IMG/VR virus record: IMGVR_UViG_3300014204_000139
Span: 31,655-95,654 of that record
Source: a virus
Lineage: Duplodnaviria; Caudoviricetes
Reading direction: 5' to 3' (one strand)
DNA length: 64,000 nucleotides
Below, in pieces: positions 34,520 through 44,437 of this stretch; position 1 is the first letter of the stretch, and each line of letters opens with the position of its first letter. A model generated the notes under the pieces. It made no database searches. It saw only the letters and a list, made by a program, of their open reading frames with translations, and had not been told where the DNA came from. Position numbers and translations under genes: made by a program.

Positions 34520-37063
34520 ATGACAACAAATTCACAGATAGATACGACTTTGTCTAATCAAATTTATTTATCAAGAGATAATATTCGAAATCAAATTATT
34601 GAATATATGCAGTATTATCTTGAGATAGAAAATGTTGATTTAGTTAAGGGATCATTTTTATCATTTTTGATTGATACTATTGCAACTCTTACATCAAATA
34701 TTCTTTTTTATACAAGTTCAAGTTATAAAGAATTCTTTCTAACAACTGCACAACTTCCTGAATCCATTTTTAATTTATCTGCATTTCTAGGATATAATTC
34801 TTCTGAAGCAACTTATGCTATGGCTAATGTTGTAATAAATGTTCCTTTTGGATTTACAGATGTTAATGTAAATTTTAATATTCCTGAAGGTTTTAAATTT
34901 TATGCTGGAGATACCGAGTTTGTTACTTATTATGAAACAGATTTAACAATTATAAATAATAGTAGTGTTACAATTACAGCTATTGAGGATTCTACAAAAA
35001 CATATAGTATTCCTGTTAGTATAGATTCTACTTCTGCAATTCCATCATTTACATTTATTTTACCAATAAGACAGTATAAAGAAATAATTCAAGAATTTCA
35101 AATTGATGATGATACTGAAGTATATCAATTTGTAACTATTGATGTTCCATTAGATGGTAAAGTTTCTTCGTTAACTGTTGAGATTAAAGATCCAGATAGT
35201 GCATCATGGAGATTATACACTGAATATAATAGTGTGTATTTAATGTCTTCTACAGATTATGGTTTTGTTTCTAGAACTACAGTAAATGGAAGAAGATTAA
35301 CTTTTGGAAATGGATTAATTGGAGTTCAACCATTAGGTGGATCAACTGTAAAAGTTTCTGCATTTATTACTGAAGGCGCTGATGGAAATGTTATATCATC
35401 ATCAATTAAAACAGGAGATAGAATCTCTACAATAGATGATGGAAAAACAAAAATTTTAAATTATACAGTTACAAATCCATCTCCTGCTACAGGTGGAGAA
35501 GATGAAGAATCAATTCAGGAAATTAGAAGCAATGCTATAGCTAATTTAGTAGCATTAAATCGTTTAGTATCTGAGTATGATTATAAAAATGCTGGAGTAA
35601 TTATTAGTAACTCACCAATAGCAGCAAAATCATTTCCTGTATTAAAAAGATCTGATGTAAAATGTAATGAAATTCAATTATTTACAATTTTACAATTTGG
35701 AACAACAACTAGAATATCTAGTATTACTGGAGAAACAATTACAGAAAATACAATTGTTCCAACAAGAAATGTTAAATATTCTGTTTCACCATTAACAACT
35801 TATATTCCAAGAGAAACAATAATTACAATCGGATCTTATGATTATTATACTCTCTTTGATATAAATATTGATTTAATTAATCAATCAGCAAATTATGATT
35901 ATATAATGTATGAAGTTGAAACTATTCCTATTTTAGTTACAAGTTATGGAGTAGTATATGATATAGTTTGTTCTAAATTAGATGTTTCTAAAATTGGAAA
36001 TACTGCTGTGTTTGAATTATCATATAACTCTACAGAAATAGATTATGATTTATGTATAGCTGAATTAAGAGTTATTGAAACATCTTTAGTTTATTCAATG
36101 ACAAATGATTCTATTACTAAAAAATTTAGTTGTACATTTAATCCATATACTTTATTTCCAAGTGGTAATGTTAATTTAGAATTAACAATATATACAAATT
36201 CTGGTATTCCAATTTCTACCTATTCTACAGAACTTACATTCAGAAAAGCTTTAAATGATTTTATGATGTCAAATGTTGAAATTGATTCTACATCTACAAT
36301 TATTTATGATATACCTGTTGTAGAAAAAACATATTATGATTCAATTGTTAAAAAAGATTTTGAATTAGATGTTTTACAAGAGATGATGTCTACAATGGAT
36401 TTTAAATCTTATAGGATGTTAACTGATTTTACTAATTTTAAATTTACAAATACAATTGGAACATTAACAAATATGAAATATAATGCTGTTACAAAAACTG
36501 ATTGTATAGATATTGGAATAATAACCCCTCCTTCGTCTCCAAATATTGATGATAGATATATTATTGGTTATACTGAATCTGGAACCTGGGCAAATAAAAA
36601 TGGACAAATTGCTCAATGTATAGCAACAAGTGGAACTATCTGGTATTACTATACTCCAATAACAGATGATATTATCTATGTAACAAATAAAGCAAAAAAA
36701 TATATTTATAATGGAAATAAATGGATAATGATGGAATATCAAATTCCATTAGTAATTGATATTGAAGTATTTAAGGATTCAACTTATTATGGTTCTGATA
36801 TAGAACTAGCAAATATTGTTAAAGATACATTATTAACAGAATACTCTAGCAGATTTGGTCAGAATGTTACATTATATCAATCTGAAATTATTAAAACAGT
36901 ACAACAAATTACTGGAATAAGAAATTGTAATTTAATTAAACCTGAGTCAAATCTTTTCTTTGAATATGATTTAAATACTCTAACTGAATCTGAATTATTA
37001 GAGTATGGTCCAGAATATATTTATTTTGATGTAAATTCTATATCTGTTAAGGTATATAGCTAA
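34520..37063 (+). CDS. baseplate wedge subunit (T4 gp6 / baseplate J-like)
   Basis: FLTTAQLPESI..LGY, TFGNG..G, TEGADGN, GGEDEESIQEIR, RLVSEYDY. Confidence 0.88.
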   Translation: MTTNSQIDTTLSNQIYLSRDNIRNQIIEYMQYYLEIENVDLVKGSFLSFLIDTIATLTSNILFYTSSSYKEFFLTTAQLPESIFNLSAFLGYNSSEATYAMANVVINVPFGFTDVNVNFNIPEGFKFYAGDTEFVTYYETDLTIINNSSVTITAIEDSTKTYSIPVSIDSTSAIPSFTFILPIRQYKEIIQEFQIDDDTEVYQFVTIDVPLDGKVSSLTVEIKDPDSASWRLYTEYNSVYLMSSTDYGFVSRTTVNGRRLTFGNGLIGVQPLGGSTVKVSAFITEGADGNVISSSIKTGDRISTIDDGKTKILNYTVTNPSPATGGEDEESIQEIRSNAIANLVALNRLVSEYDYKNAGVIISNSPIAAKSFPVLKRSDVKCNEIQLFTILQFGTTTRISSITGETITENTIVPTRNVKYSVSPLTTYIPRETIITIGSYDYYTLFDINIDLINQSANYDYIMYEVETIPILVTSYGVVYDIVCSKLDVSKIGNTAVFELSYNSTEIDYDLCIAELRVIETSLVYSMTNDSITKKFSCTFNPYTLFPSGNVNLELTIYTNSGIPISTYSTELTFRKALNDFMMSNVEIDSTSTIIYDIPVVEKTYYDSIVKKDFELDVLQEMMSTMDFKSYRMLTDFTNFKFTNTIGTLTNMKYNAVTKTDCIDIGIITPPSSPNIDDRYIIGYTESGTWANKNGQIAQCIATSGTIWYYYTPITDDIIYVTNKAKKYIYNGNKWIMMEYQIPLVIDIEVFKDSTYYGSDIELANIVKDTLLTEYSSRFGQNVTLYQSEIIKTVQQITGIRNCNLIKPESNLFFEYDLNTLTESELLEYGPEYIYFDVNSISVKVYS

Positions 37064-38172
37064 TGGAAATTATTTTACAAAATGCAGTTTTTGAAGATGC
37101 AAAACTTAAAACATATATTAACAGAGTTACCGTAAATGAATTAAATAATTTAACGGAACCCTGTTATTTTCCTGATTGGCAGAAACATTATCATGAATTA
37201 CTTAATTTAACTAGAATAAAAGAAAAAGATATTAAAAGTTTTATTAAAAGATTTTATGTTGGAACTAAGGCTCAAGATGCATTATTACAATCTGATCCAG
37301 GTTCAAATTTTTTAATTATTTTAATGTATCATTTTTTAAAAAATAATGACCAAGCTACATATTCAACTTTAATGATTTATCATATGGTGCGTCAGTATGG
37401 AAATTTTATTAGAAGACTTTTTCCAAATTTTTGTAAACCAGAAGTTTTTAGTTATACAATAGACCATTTAAATCCAAGTCATTTATTTGCTAGAGAAAAA
37501 ACTATTTCTAATGCTTTATTTCACCTTGCTACTGAAATGAAAAGAAGATATACTAAATTTATACTTGAATTAAATGCTGAAAAAATATCTGATTTTTTAT
37601 ATGAGTCAAGAGGAAGAATAGCTCAGAGTTTAAAAAGTTTTGCGGAAGCATATTATAGGAATCAAGAAGAAGGTTTTGGTATTTCTACTAAAAAAGAAAG
37701 TGAAACAGGAGAAGAAATTCCTGGTCAAGAGTTAGAACGAGGAAATCGTATTGCAGAATTAGTGTCTTCCAAAATTTGCATTTATAAAGAACCTGATTAT
37801 AAAGCATTTAATGAAGCTAGAACCCTAACAAAAGTTAATGTATCTTTAGCAACAATTATTATAAAAAAATTACAAGATACTTCCTTAACAAATGATATTA
37901 AATTTATAGTTGAATTATTTTTTAGAGATATGAAATCAATAAACGAAATTTGCGGAAAAGATTCTACAAGTTATGTTAAAAAATTAATGTCAATTAAACG
38001 AACCAGTAAAACAGTATATTTTAAACAAGAAATAAATAATTTATTTTTAAAAATAATTAAAGATACAGAATTTGAAGAAAAGTATAATTCTTTAACCTCC
38101 CAAACTCAATTCCAATTTAATTCCTTCCTAGCTTATTATATCACATTCTACATAAAAAATTTAGTTTGTTAA
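37063..38172 (+). CDS. jumbo-phage hypothetical protein (helical, probable virion component)
   Basis: 369-aa ORF coupled to the baseplate gene. Confidence 0.65.
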   Translation: MEIILQNAVFEDAKLKTYINRVTVNELNNLTEPCYFPDWQKHYHELLNLTRIKEKDIKSFIKRFYVGTKAQDALLQSDPGSNFLIILMYHFLKNNDQATYSTLMIYHMVRQYGNFIRRLFPNFCKPEVFSYTIDHLNPSHLFAREKTISNALFHLATEMKRRYTKFILELNAEKISDFLYESRGRIAQSLKSFAEAYYRNQEEGFGISTKKESETGEEIPGQELERGNRIAELVSSKICIYKEPDYKAFNEARTLTKVNVSLATIIIKKLQDTSLTNDIKFIVELFFRDMKSINEICGKDSTSYVKKLMSIKRTSKTVYFKQEINNLFLKIIKDTEFEEKYNSLTSQTQFQFNSFLAYYITFYIKNLVC

Positions 38173-38179
38173 TAAATTT

Positions 38180-39451
38180 TTATGTAACAATTCTTTCATA
38201 AAATTGTTTTCCTGAAGTTAATGTTTGTTCTACTTTTAATTTTGCTGCGTCCACTCTTGATGTTACAGGAGTTGTAATATCTACAACATTTGCAGAAGTA
38301 TCAATTTTTGAATTTTCAATATCTTGTAGTTCCTCTTCTGATTGAGTTAAATAATCATATTCTTTGTATATTTTAAATAATTTTCTTCCTTGTAACATAT
38401 TATTTAAATAACCTTTCAAAGTTGGTCTTTTAGTTCCAGGATTACTAGATAATAACATAGTTGAGTATAAATTTATAAAATCTATTCTTACATCAACTAA
38501 ATTAACTATTTGATTATATCCAATTAAACCAGAATCTCCTCCTTTCAAAACTGTAATATTACTTATAGCTCCCATTGGTATTTCAAATAATCCAGGACAA
38601 ATAACCTTACAAAAGAAAGGCCATGTATAGGAATCATTTTCTGTTGACTGTGGCAGGGCTAGTGTTAATAAAGCAGCCAATGGACCTATTACATATTTTT
38701 TTGTTGTTTGTTTACTAGAAGGATTTGGATTATATAATCTAATTGTACATGAAAAAGCTGTATTATATGAACTATTTTTCCAAACTTGAGGAAAATCAAT
38801 TCTTGCTCCAGCTAATAATTGATCCATAGCTGAGGCCATTGTTCCCATACTACCACCACCAGCTTTTAACTTATTAATTCCATTCTGAGCAAATTTTGCT
38901 CCAGTATCTATATATCCACCAAGACTGTCTAAAAGACCTCCAGCTGTTCCTCCTAAACTTTTTGCTCCCTCTTTCATTTCAGATCCTAATTTTGCTGCAG
39001 CACCTGTTGCAGTTTTTTGTCCCATCATTTGAGCAACTTCACCAAATGCGCTTCCTGCCACATCTGTCATTCTATTTAAAAAATGTTCTCCATATTCATT
39101 AGAAAATGAATCAGATGGAAATGATTCAGCTTGAGCTGCAACTTTAATTTTAGTTTTTTGAGAAGATGATGGAGTATAACCCAATGAAGATAAAAGTTCT
39201 ACGTATCTATTCCAAGCTGGTACTAGAGAAAATAATGATAATCCACTAGTTTCTGGTGATGTTGTACATGGTTCAATAAAAAGAGTCAGTCTTGAATTTT
39301 TTCTGATACTATCTGTAATTCCTTCTGTATTAGATGCTTCTGGTGGACCGCCTAAAACATCTGGTAAAGTTATTTTTGTTGAAGATTTAGATTCAGATGG
39401 TTTAGTTTTTTGTTTTGGATTTGTTTTACTAAAATCATATTTTCCGGGCAT
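38180..39451 (-). CDS. probable baseplate/tail-tube initiator protein
   Basis: FPQVWKNSSY, WPFFCKV..PG, ISNITV.KGG; follows the tape measure gene. Confidence 0.6.
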   Translation of the reverse strand: MPGKYDFSKTNPKQKTKPSESKSSTKITLPDVLGGPPEASNTEGITDSIRKNSRLTLFIEPCTTSPETSGLSLFSLVPAWNRYVELLSSLGYTPSSSQKTKIKVAAQAESFPSDSFSNEYGEHFLNRMTDVAGSAFGEVAQMMGQKTATGAAAKLGSEMKEGAKSLGGTAGGLLDSLGGYIDTGAKFAQNGINKLKAGGGSMGTMASAMDQLLAGARIDFPQVWKNSSYNTAFSCTIRLYNPNPSSKQTTKKYVIGPLAALLTLALPQSTENDSYTWPFFCKVICPGLFEIPMGAISNITVLKGGDSGLIGYNQIVNLVDVRIDFINLYSTMLLSSNPGTKRPTLKGYLNNMLQGRKLFKIYKEYDYLTQSEEELQDIENSKIDTSANVVDITTPVTSRVDAAKLKVEQTLTSGKQFYERIVT

Positions 39452-39469
39452 TTTTAATCTCCTTGTTTA

Positions 39470-42400
39470 TTAACCAAATCTTGCAGAAAGAATTGATGCT
39501 ATTTCATCATTTCCTTGATTGTTTCCTTGACCATCTCCAGAAGAAATTGATCTTGATAAACTATTCATTGAAGATGATAATATATTACCAACATTACTCA
39601 TTATGACACCCGCCTGTTTTCCATTACTAGTCATAGAATCCAAAGCAGCGTTCTGAAAACCTTTAGATGATTCATTTATTAAATTAGATGTTAATAAATC
39701 TTTATCTGATTGCATTTTTGCAACATCTTTTTTAGTTAACATAGCTTTTAATATTGAATCTTTAACATCTTGAATTGGTCCAATTATTTCTCCAGCATGA
39801 GCATAAATTGCACCATCTTTTGTAATAACTCCTCCAAGTCTAGCTTTTGGTAAGGATTGAGGACTAACTCCTTCTCCGCTTCCTAGTGCACCTAAAGCCA
39901 TAGATGCTTCTTTTTGAATTCTATTAGCAACAGAAGCCTGAATTCCTGGGGTTGAACTTTTAAAGTTTTGAGCTACATTTGCATATTTATATTCATAAAT
40001 CTTTTTAATAAGTTCTTCATCTGTTGCTGTTTGTGGTAGACCTTGAATAGCTTTAGGAATAATTCCACTTCCTGGGCCATATTGTACTGCAGCAGAATTA
40101 ACAACTTCTTGAAGTACTGGGGATCTTAAACTTAAATCAAATCCTGTATCTCTTTTAATTTTCTCTAGATATGGACTTAAATATTTTTGTTTAATAAACT
40201 GATGTTGAGTAATACCAAAATTAGGGTCTGTTGATCCCAATTGTTTCCATTTTTGATTAAATTCTGGACTTCCAACATTCATTCCTAAAAATTGTTTTCC
40301 ATATTGAGGAAAACTTCCTAAAAATTGTTGAATAGTTCCTGCTTTTTCTGACATCTGATAATATCCATAAGAATTACCACCAGTTCTGTCCCATCCAATT
40401 GCAGAAGGTCCAGCTCCAGCTGATTCAAATAATCTTGATAACCAACCAAATCCAGATGATGGTCCTAATGATTCTTTTACTTTTTGATATCCCATTTTTA
40501 GTTTATTAACTACTCCACCAACAATACCATCTGGAGAATTTATCATTTCATTTAATTTATCTATAATAGAAGTAACCATATCTGGATGAGTACTACCCAT
40601 TCTAAAATCAGATGGAACGTTTCCTGTCAAACTAGAATTTTTTACAACACTTTTTGGAATTATTTGTTCCCCTTCATGTACAATAGCAAATTGACCGCCT
40701 CTACCATCCAATCCTCCACCTGGGGCAGGAGGAACTATTCCTCCTTTTTCATATACTCCTATATGAGCAATACTTGCAGATTGTCCAATATTTTGTGCTA
40801 AGTCTCTAACTGTTTTTGTAGCATTAGTACCAATTTCACTTCCTCTTTCTTGAATTCCAACTAATGTTTTTACCCAACTTGGAATTGAAGAGGTTAGCCA
40901 TTCTACCATTCTTCGAGGTAAATCTTTTATCCAATCCCATAAGTCAGTTGATTTTTGAGATACATAATTTGATAATCTCTCAAACCATTTTTTTGGATAA
41001 CTCAAAATTCCTTCTAAAACGTTCCAAATTCCTTCAGAAATTTTCTTAGTAATATCCCAAGCTTTATCTAATCCTTTAGCTATATTTTGTCCACCAATAG
41101 CTCCTAATATTCCTCCTCCAACTGCTCCAACAAGACCGCCAATAAGAGTACCAACTACAGGAACAGCGCTACCAACTGTAGCTCCCAACATCATTCCTTT
41201 CATGGCCCCTGTAGCAGCACCCGCCCAACCTTTTCTGTCTCCTCCTAAAGCCCCTCCAAGTGTAGCAGCAGTTTTAGATGTGCCCCATTCATCTGCATGT
41301 TGATATCCTTGATAAGCATCATATACAGTTCCAGCTGTAGCTGCTGCAACTCCAAATTTATGTTTACCAATAAATTTCCCAACATTTTTTCCCATCCAGG
41401 CTCCAGCACCTAAAACTCCCTTGCCAGCCATTTTTAGCCCACCTAAGACGCCTCTGCCACCAAGTTTTAAGGCACTACCACCTAATGATAATAAACTACC
41501 CAAAGCACTTTTTATAAATCCAAAACCCATCATAACCCAAGTTAGAATAGAACTTAATCCTTTTTTTAAAGATGAATGAACAAAACCTAATTTATTTTCA
41601 CTTCCTTCAGTAGCTTTTTTAATTTTAAGTAATGTATTTTCTTGAGTAGTTCTTGATCTTTCTCCTTTCTTAATTGGACCAATTAAAATATCAAGTTTTT
41701 CTGTTACAATATTATAAAAGTTAGCAAAATCTTCAGCTAGTTTAACTTGAGGATTTTTATCTTTAGATAAAAAACTAGAATATTTATTTCTTTTAAATAG
41801 TTTATATATACCCCTTGCAGCTGAAACTAGAGTACTGACTTGTAAAATTTTAACTAATGTATCCAATTTACTAACTGTTGGTTTCATTGCAAATTTCATA
41901 GTTCCTTCTAACTTATTAAGTGGTGCAACAACCTCTGCTGCGTGTAATTGAGCTACTCCAGCTTTTTGTATGTAACCACCTGATGCTAATTTAGGTATAT
42001 CTTTCTCATTATTTTTTGATTCTTTTCTTTTTGAATACCAATCTTTTACTCTTTCTCTCCCCCTACCTAATACATCTTTCATTTTATTTGCAACATAGGT
42101 AACAGCTAATCCCATTTTTTCTTTTATTAAATTACTAAAATTTCTAAATACACTTGTCTCCATAAATTTTCCAGCAAAATATCCAAAAATTGGAGAAGCT
42201 TTTGCAAGAGTCATTGCTAAAAAATTACCTTTATTAATATAAAAGTCTGCATTTAAAGCTCTACCATATTCAGATAGAGTTTGTTTTGTAGCTTTAGCTG
42301 TATCTATTAATATCTTTTTAGAACTTTTACCTAATATATCAATGGTATAACCAAGTTTTCCTAGTATTTGTTGTACCGATTTTTCAATAACTTTTACTTC

Positions 42401-42679
42401 TTTTGATGATGACATTTCCTTCATTCTAATTTGTTTAACTATTCTTTCTTGTTGTTTAGCTGTAGAGCTAAGGGAACCGGAAATCCCCTTTACTTGTTTA
42501 TGAAAATCTGTTTGAGATTTTTCTAATACTCCAGCTAATGAATTTATATTCTTATGTACTTGTGTTATTTTTACTTTATCATCAATAGAAGTATCAGATA
42601 ATATTTTAGAAAATTGCGGATCTTTCTCAAATCCTTTTCCATAGTTAATATTATCAGCTCCATACTTATCTTTTGCCAT
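39470..42679 (-). CDS. tape-measure-like protein with lysozyme-fold muramidase domain
   Basis: Long helical, Gly-rich hydrophobic region; FESAG...DRTGGNSYGYYQM...SAAVQYG. Confidence 0.8.
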   Translation of the reverse strand: MAKDKYGADNINYGKGFEKDPQFSKILSDTSIDDKVKITQVHKNINSLAGVLEKSQTDFHKQVKGISGSLSSTAKQQERIVKQIRMKEMSSSKEVKVIEKSVQQILGKLGYTIDILGKSSKKILIDTAKATKQTLSEYGRALNADFYINKGNFLAMTLAKASPIFGYFAGKFMETSVFRNFSNLIKEKMGLAVTYVANKMKDVLGRGRERVKDWYSKRKESKNNEKDIPKLASGGYIQKAGVAQLHAAEVVAPLNKLEGTMKFAMKPTVSKLDTLVKILQVSTLVSAARGIYKLFKRNKYSSFLSKDKNPQVKLAEDFANFYNIVTEKLDILIGPIKKGERSRTTQENTLLKIKKATEGSENKLGFVHSSLKKGLSSILTWVMMGFGFIKSALGSLLSLGGSALKLGGRGVLGGLKMAGKGVLGAGAWMGKNVGKFIGKHKFGVAAATAGTVYDAYQGYQHADEWGTSKTAATLGGALGGDRKGWAGAATGAMKGMMLGATVGSAVPVVGTLIGGLVGAVGGGILGAIGGQNIAKGLDKAWDITKKISEGIWNVLEGILSYPKKWFERLSNYVSQKSTDLWDWIKDLPRRMVEWLTSSIPSWVKTLVGIQERGSEIGTNATKTVRDLAQNIGQSASIAHIGVYEKGGIVPPAPGGGLDGRGGQFAIVHEGEQIIPKSVVKNSSLTGNVPSDFRMGSTHPDMVTSIIDKLNEMINSPDGIVGGVVNKLKMGYQKVKESLGPSSGFGWLSRLFESAGAGPSAIGWDRTGGNSYGYYQMSEKAGTIQQFLGSFPQYGKQFLGMNVGSPEFNQKWKQLGSTDPNFGITQHQFIKQKYLSPYLEKIKRDTGFDLSLRSPVLQEVVNSAAVQYGPGSGIIPKAIQGLPQTATDEELIKKIYEYKYANVAQNFKSSTPGIQASVANRIQKEASMALGALGSGEGVSPQSLPKARLGGVITKDGAIYAHAGEIIGPIQDVKDSILKAMLTKKDVAKMQSDKDLLTSNLINESSKGFQNAALDSMTSNGKQAGVIMSNVGNILSSSMNSLSRSISSGDGQGNNQGNDEIASILSARFG

Positions 42680-42691
42680 TTTATATCTCCA

Positions 42692-43645
42692 TTATAAAGA
42701 TTGTAACGCAGTTTTTACTTTTGAATCAACAATTATATCTGAATATCCACAAACTACTTCAGAAGGAAAAATTAATTCTTGAACACAGCCTTTATCTGGT
42801 TGTTTCCCAAATGATATAGTATATGATTCGAATGCAGGTTTTACTATATATAAATATTTAGTATTAACTAAATTTACTAAAACATCTAAATTTCTTTGAG
42901 TTACTAAAGTAGAAACTTTTAAATAATCAACTGCGGTTTTTTTAAACTCTTTTTTATCTAAATTAGAAAAATCTTTTAATAAATTTAATTTTTTTAATAA
43001 TCCTGTTTGTGATAAAAACAAATCTGATGACATTTCATATTTTAAAAATAGATATTTATAAATAGTTTCAATACTATCTATTAACATTTTATCATCTTTA
43101 AGTTTAAAAACTTCCTTAAAAAAATTCAAATAATATAAGTTTAACTCTTCTTTAAATAAACTTAAAAATTTGTAAGGATTTTGGTGAGCATATAAATGCA
43201 TCATTTCATGACTCAAAGCAGCAGCAATAGAATTATCAGATGCTGTAACAGAAAAATTTTTGTGTATATGATTACTTATTAAAACAACTATTTTATTAGC
43301 ATCAAAAATATAAAAAGCTAATACATAATCTAAAGGATGTTCAATAGGTTTTTTTCCTACTAAAAATACTTTTAAAACTCTTAACAATCCTGAGCTAGTA
43401 TCTCTTGATAATCTTTTCTTAAAATATTCCAAGATATTTTTTTCAGCAAAAACAGGTATTATTTGATGATTTTTTACCATCTTAGAAACTGGATCATATA
43501 TTATCTTTCCTCTATTTGAATCTTTAATTGATTGTATAAATTTATCGTTTAATGTTTGTGATCCATATAACATATAATTATTCATATATACTGCTGGTTT
43601 TAATCCTATTGGTAAAGCAAATAATTCTTGTAATGGATTAATCAT
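42692..43645 (-). CDS. putative zincin-like metallopeptidase
   Basis: SHEMMH (HExxH) plus downstream QEL..PSE. Confidence 0.55.
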   Translation of the reverse strand: MINPLQELFALPIGLKPAVYMNNYMLYGSQTLNDKFIQSIKDSNRGKIIYDPVSKMVKNHQIIPVFAEKNILEYFKKRLSRDTSSGLLRVLKVFLVGKKPIEHPLDYVLAFYIFDANKIVVLISNHIHKNFSVTASDNSIAAALSHEMMHLYAHQNPYKFLSLFKEELNLYYLNFFKEVFKLKDDKMLIDSIETIYKYLFLKYEMSSDLFLSQTGLLKKLNLLKDFSNLDKKEFKKTAVDYLKVSTLVTQRNLDVLVNLVNTKYLYIVKPAFESYTISFGKQPDKGCVQELIFPSEVVCGYSDIIVDSKVKTALQSL

Positions 43646-44435
43646 TATTTATTATCCTCTGAATATTTTCTTTAACTTCTTGTAATGTTGGGAATTTATC
43701 AAACATAGTCACCCTATAAAATTTCCATCCTTCTTTTTCAATTTTTTCTTGTCTATTTTTATGATATTCTATATTTTCTTTACAACTAAAATGAAAATAA
43801 CCATCATATTCAATTGCTATTTTATGATCAACAATAGCAACATCTAAAAAATATTTTAGAATAGTATGTTGAAATTTACAATCTGAATATATTTGTTGGA
43901 CCATTTCTCTTAATTTTAATTCTTCATTAGAAATTTTTTTAATAAAAGAACAAACATATTTTGTCCCACCATTTATCATATACTGTCTTTTTTCCTCTCT
44001 TCTTTCCACTGTCCAACTTTCTGATATTCTTTTTTTATGTAACTCAGTATGTGGACCTTTTTTAACACCTAAATGGCTAACTCTCATTTTTTCTAAAGAT
44101 TTTTCTGAGTGATGTTTATTAAAAAACCCATTTTTAGAACCCAAATTTGCTTCTTTATTTTTTCTTTTTAATTCATCGCATTTACTAGTTGCATTTTCAC
44201 AACAAAATTTTCCATTTTTTAATTGATATTTAGCCTTCTTACTAAGACAGTAGCTACACAAAATATTATTTTCATTTTCAAATAATATTGGTTTTCTTTG
44301 TTTTGATCCTGTTACTTTTTTAATTCGTTTTTCTATAAAGTTTCTACATTTTCTAAAATTATCTTCACAACACCATTTATTAGAACTAATTTGATATTTT
44401 GATTCTTTACCACATCCATAATCACATAGTTTCAT
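43638..44435 (-). CDS. putative homing endonuclease: CxYGCG module + NUMOD3-like + DUF559/Vsr-like nuclease
   Basis: NGFFNKHHSEKS; LDVAIVDHKIAIEYDGYFH..GWKFYR; close paralog of 33707..34513. Confidence 0.8.
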   Translation of the reverse strand: MKLCDYGCGKESKYQISSNKWCCEDNFRKCRNFIEKRIKKVTGSKQRKPILFENENNILCSYCLSKKAKYQLKNGKFCCENATSKCDELKRKNKEANLGSKNGFFNKHHSEKSLEKMRVSHLGVKKGPHTELHKKRISESWTVERREEKRQYMINGGTKYVCSFIKKISNEELKLREMVQQIYSDCKFQHTILKYFLDVAIVDHKIAIEYDGYFHFSCKENIEYHKNRQEKIEKEGWKFYRVTMFDKFPTLQEVKENIQRIINND

Positions 44436-44437
44436 AT

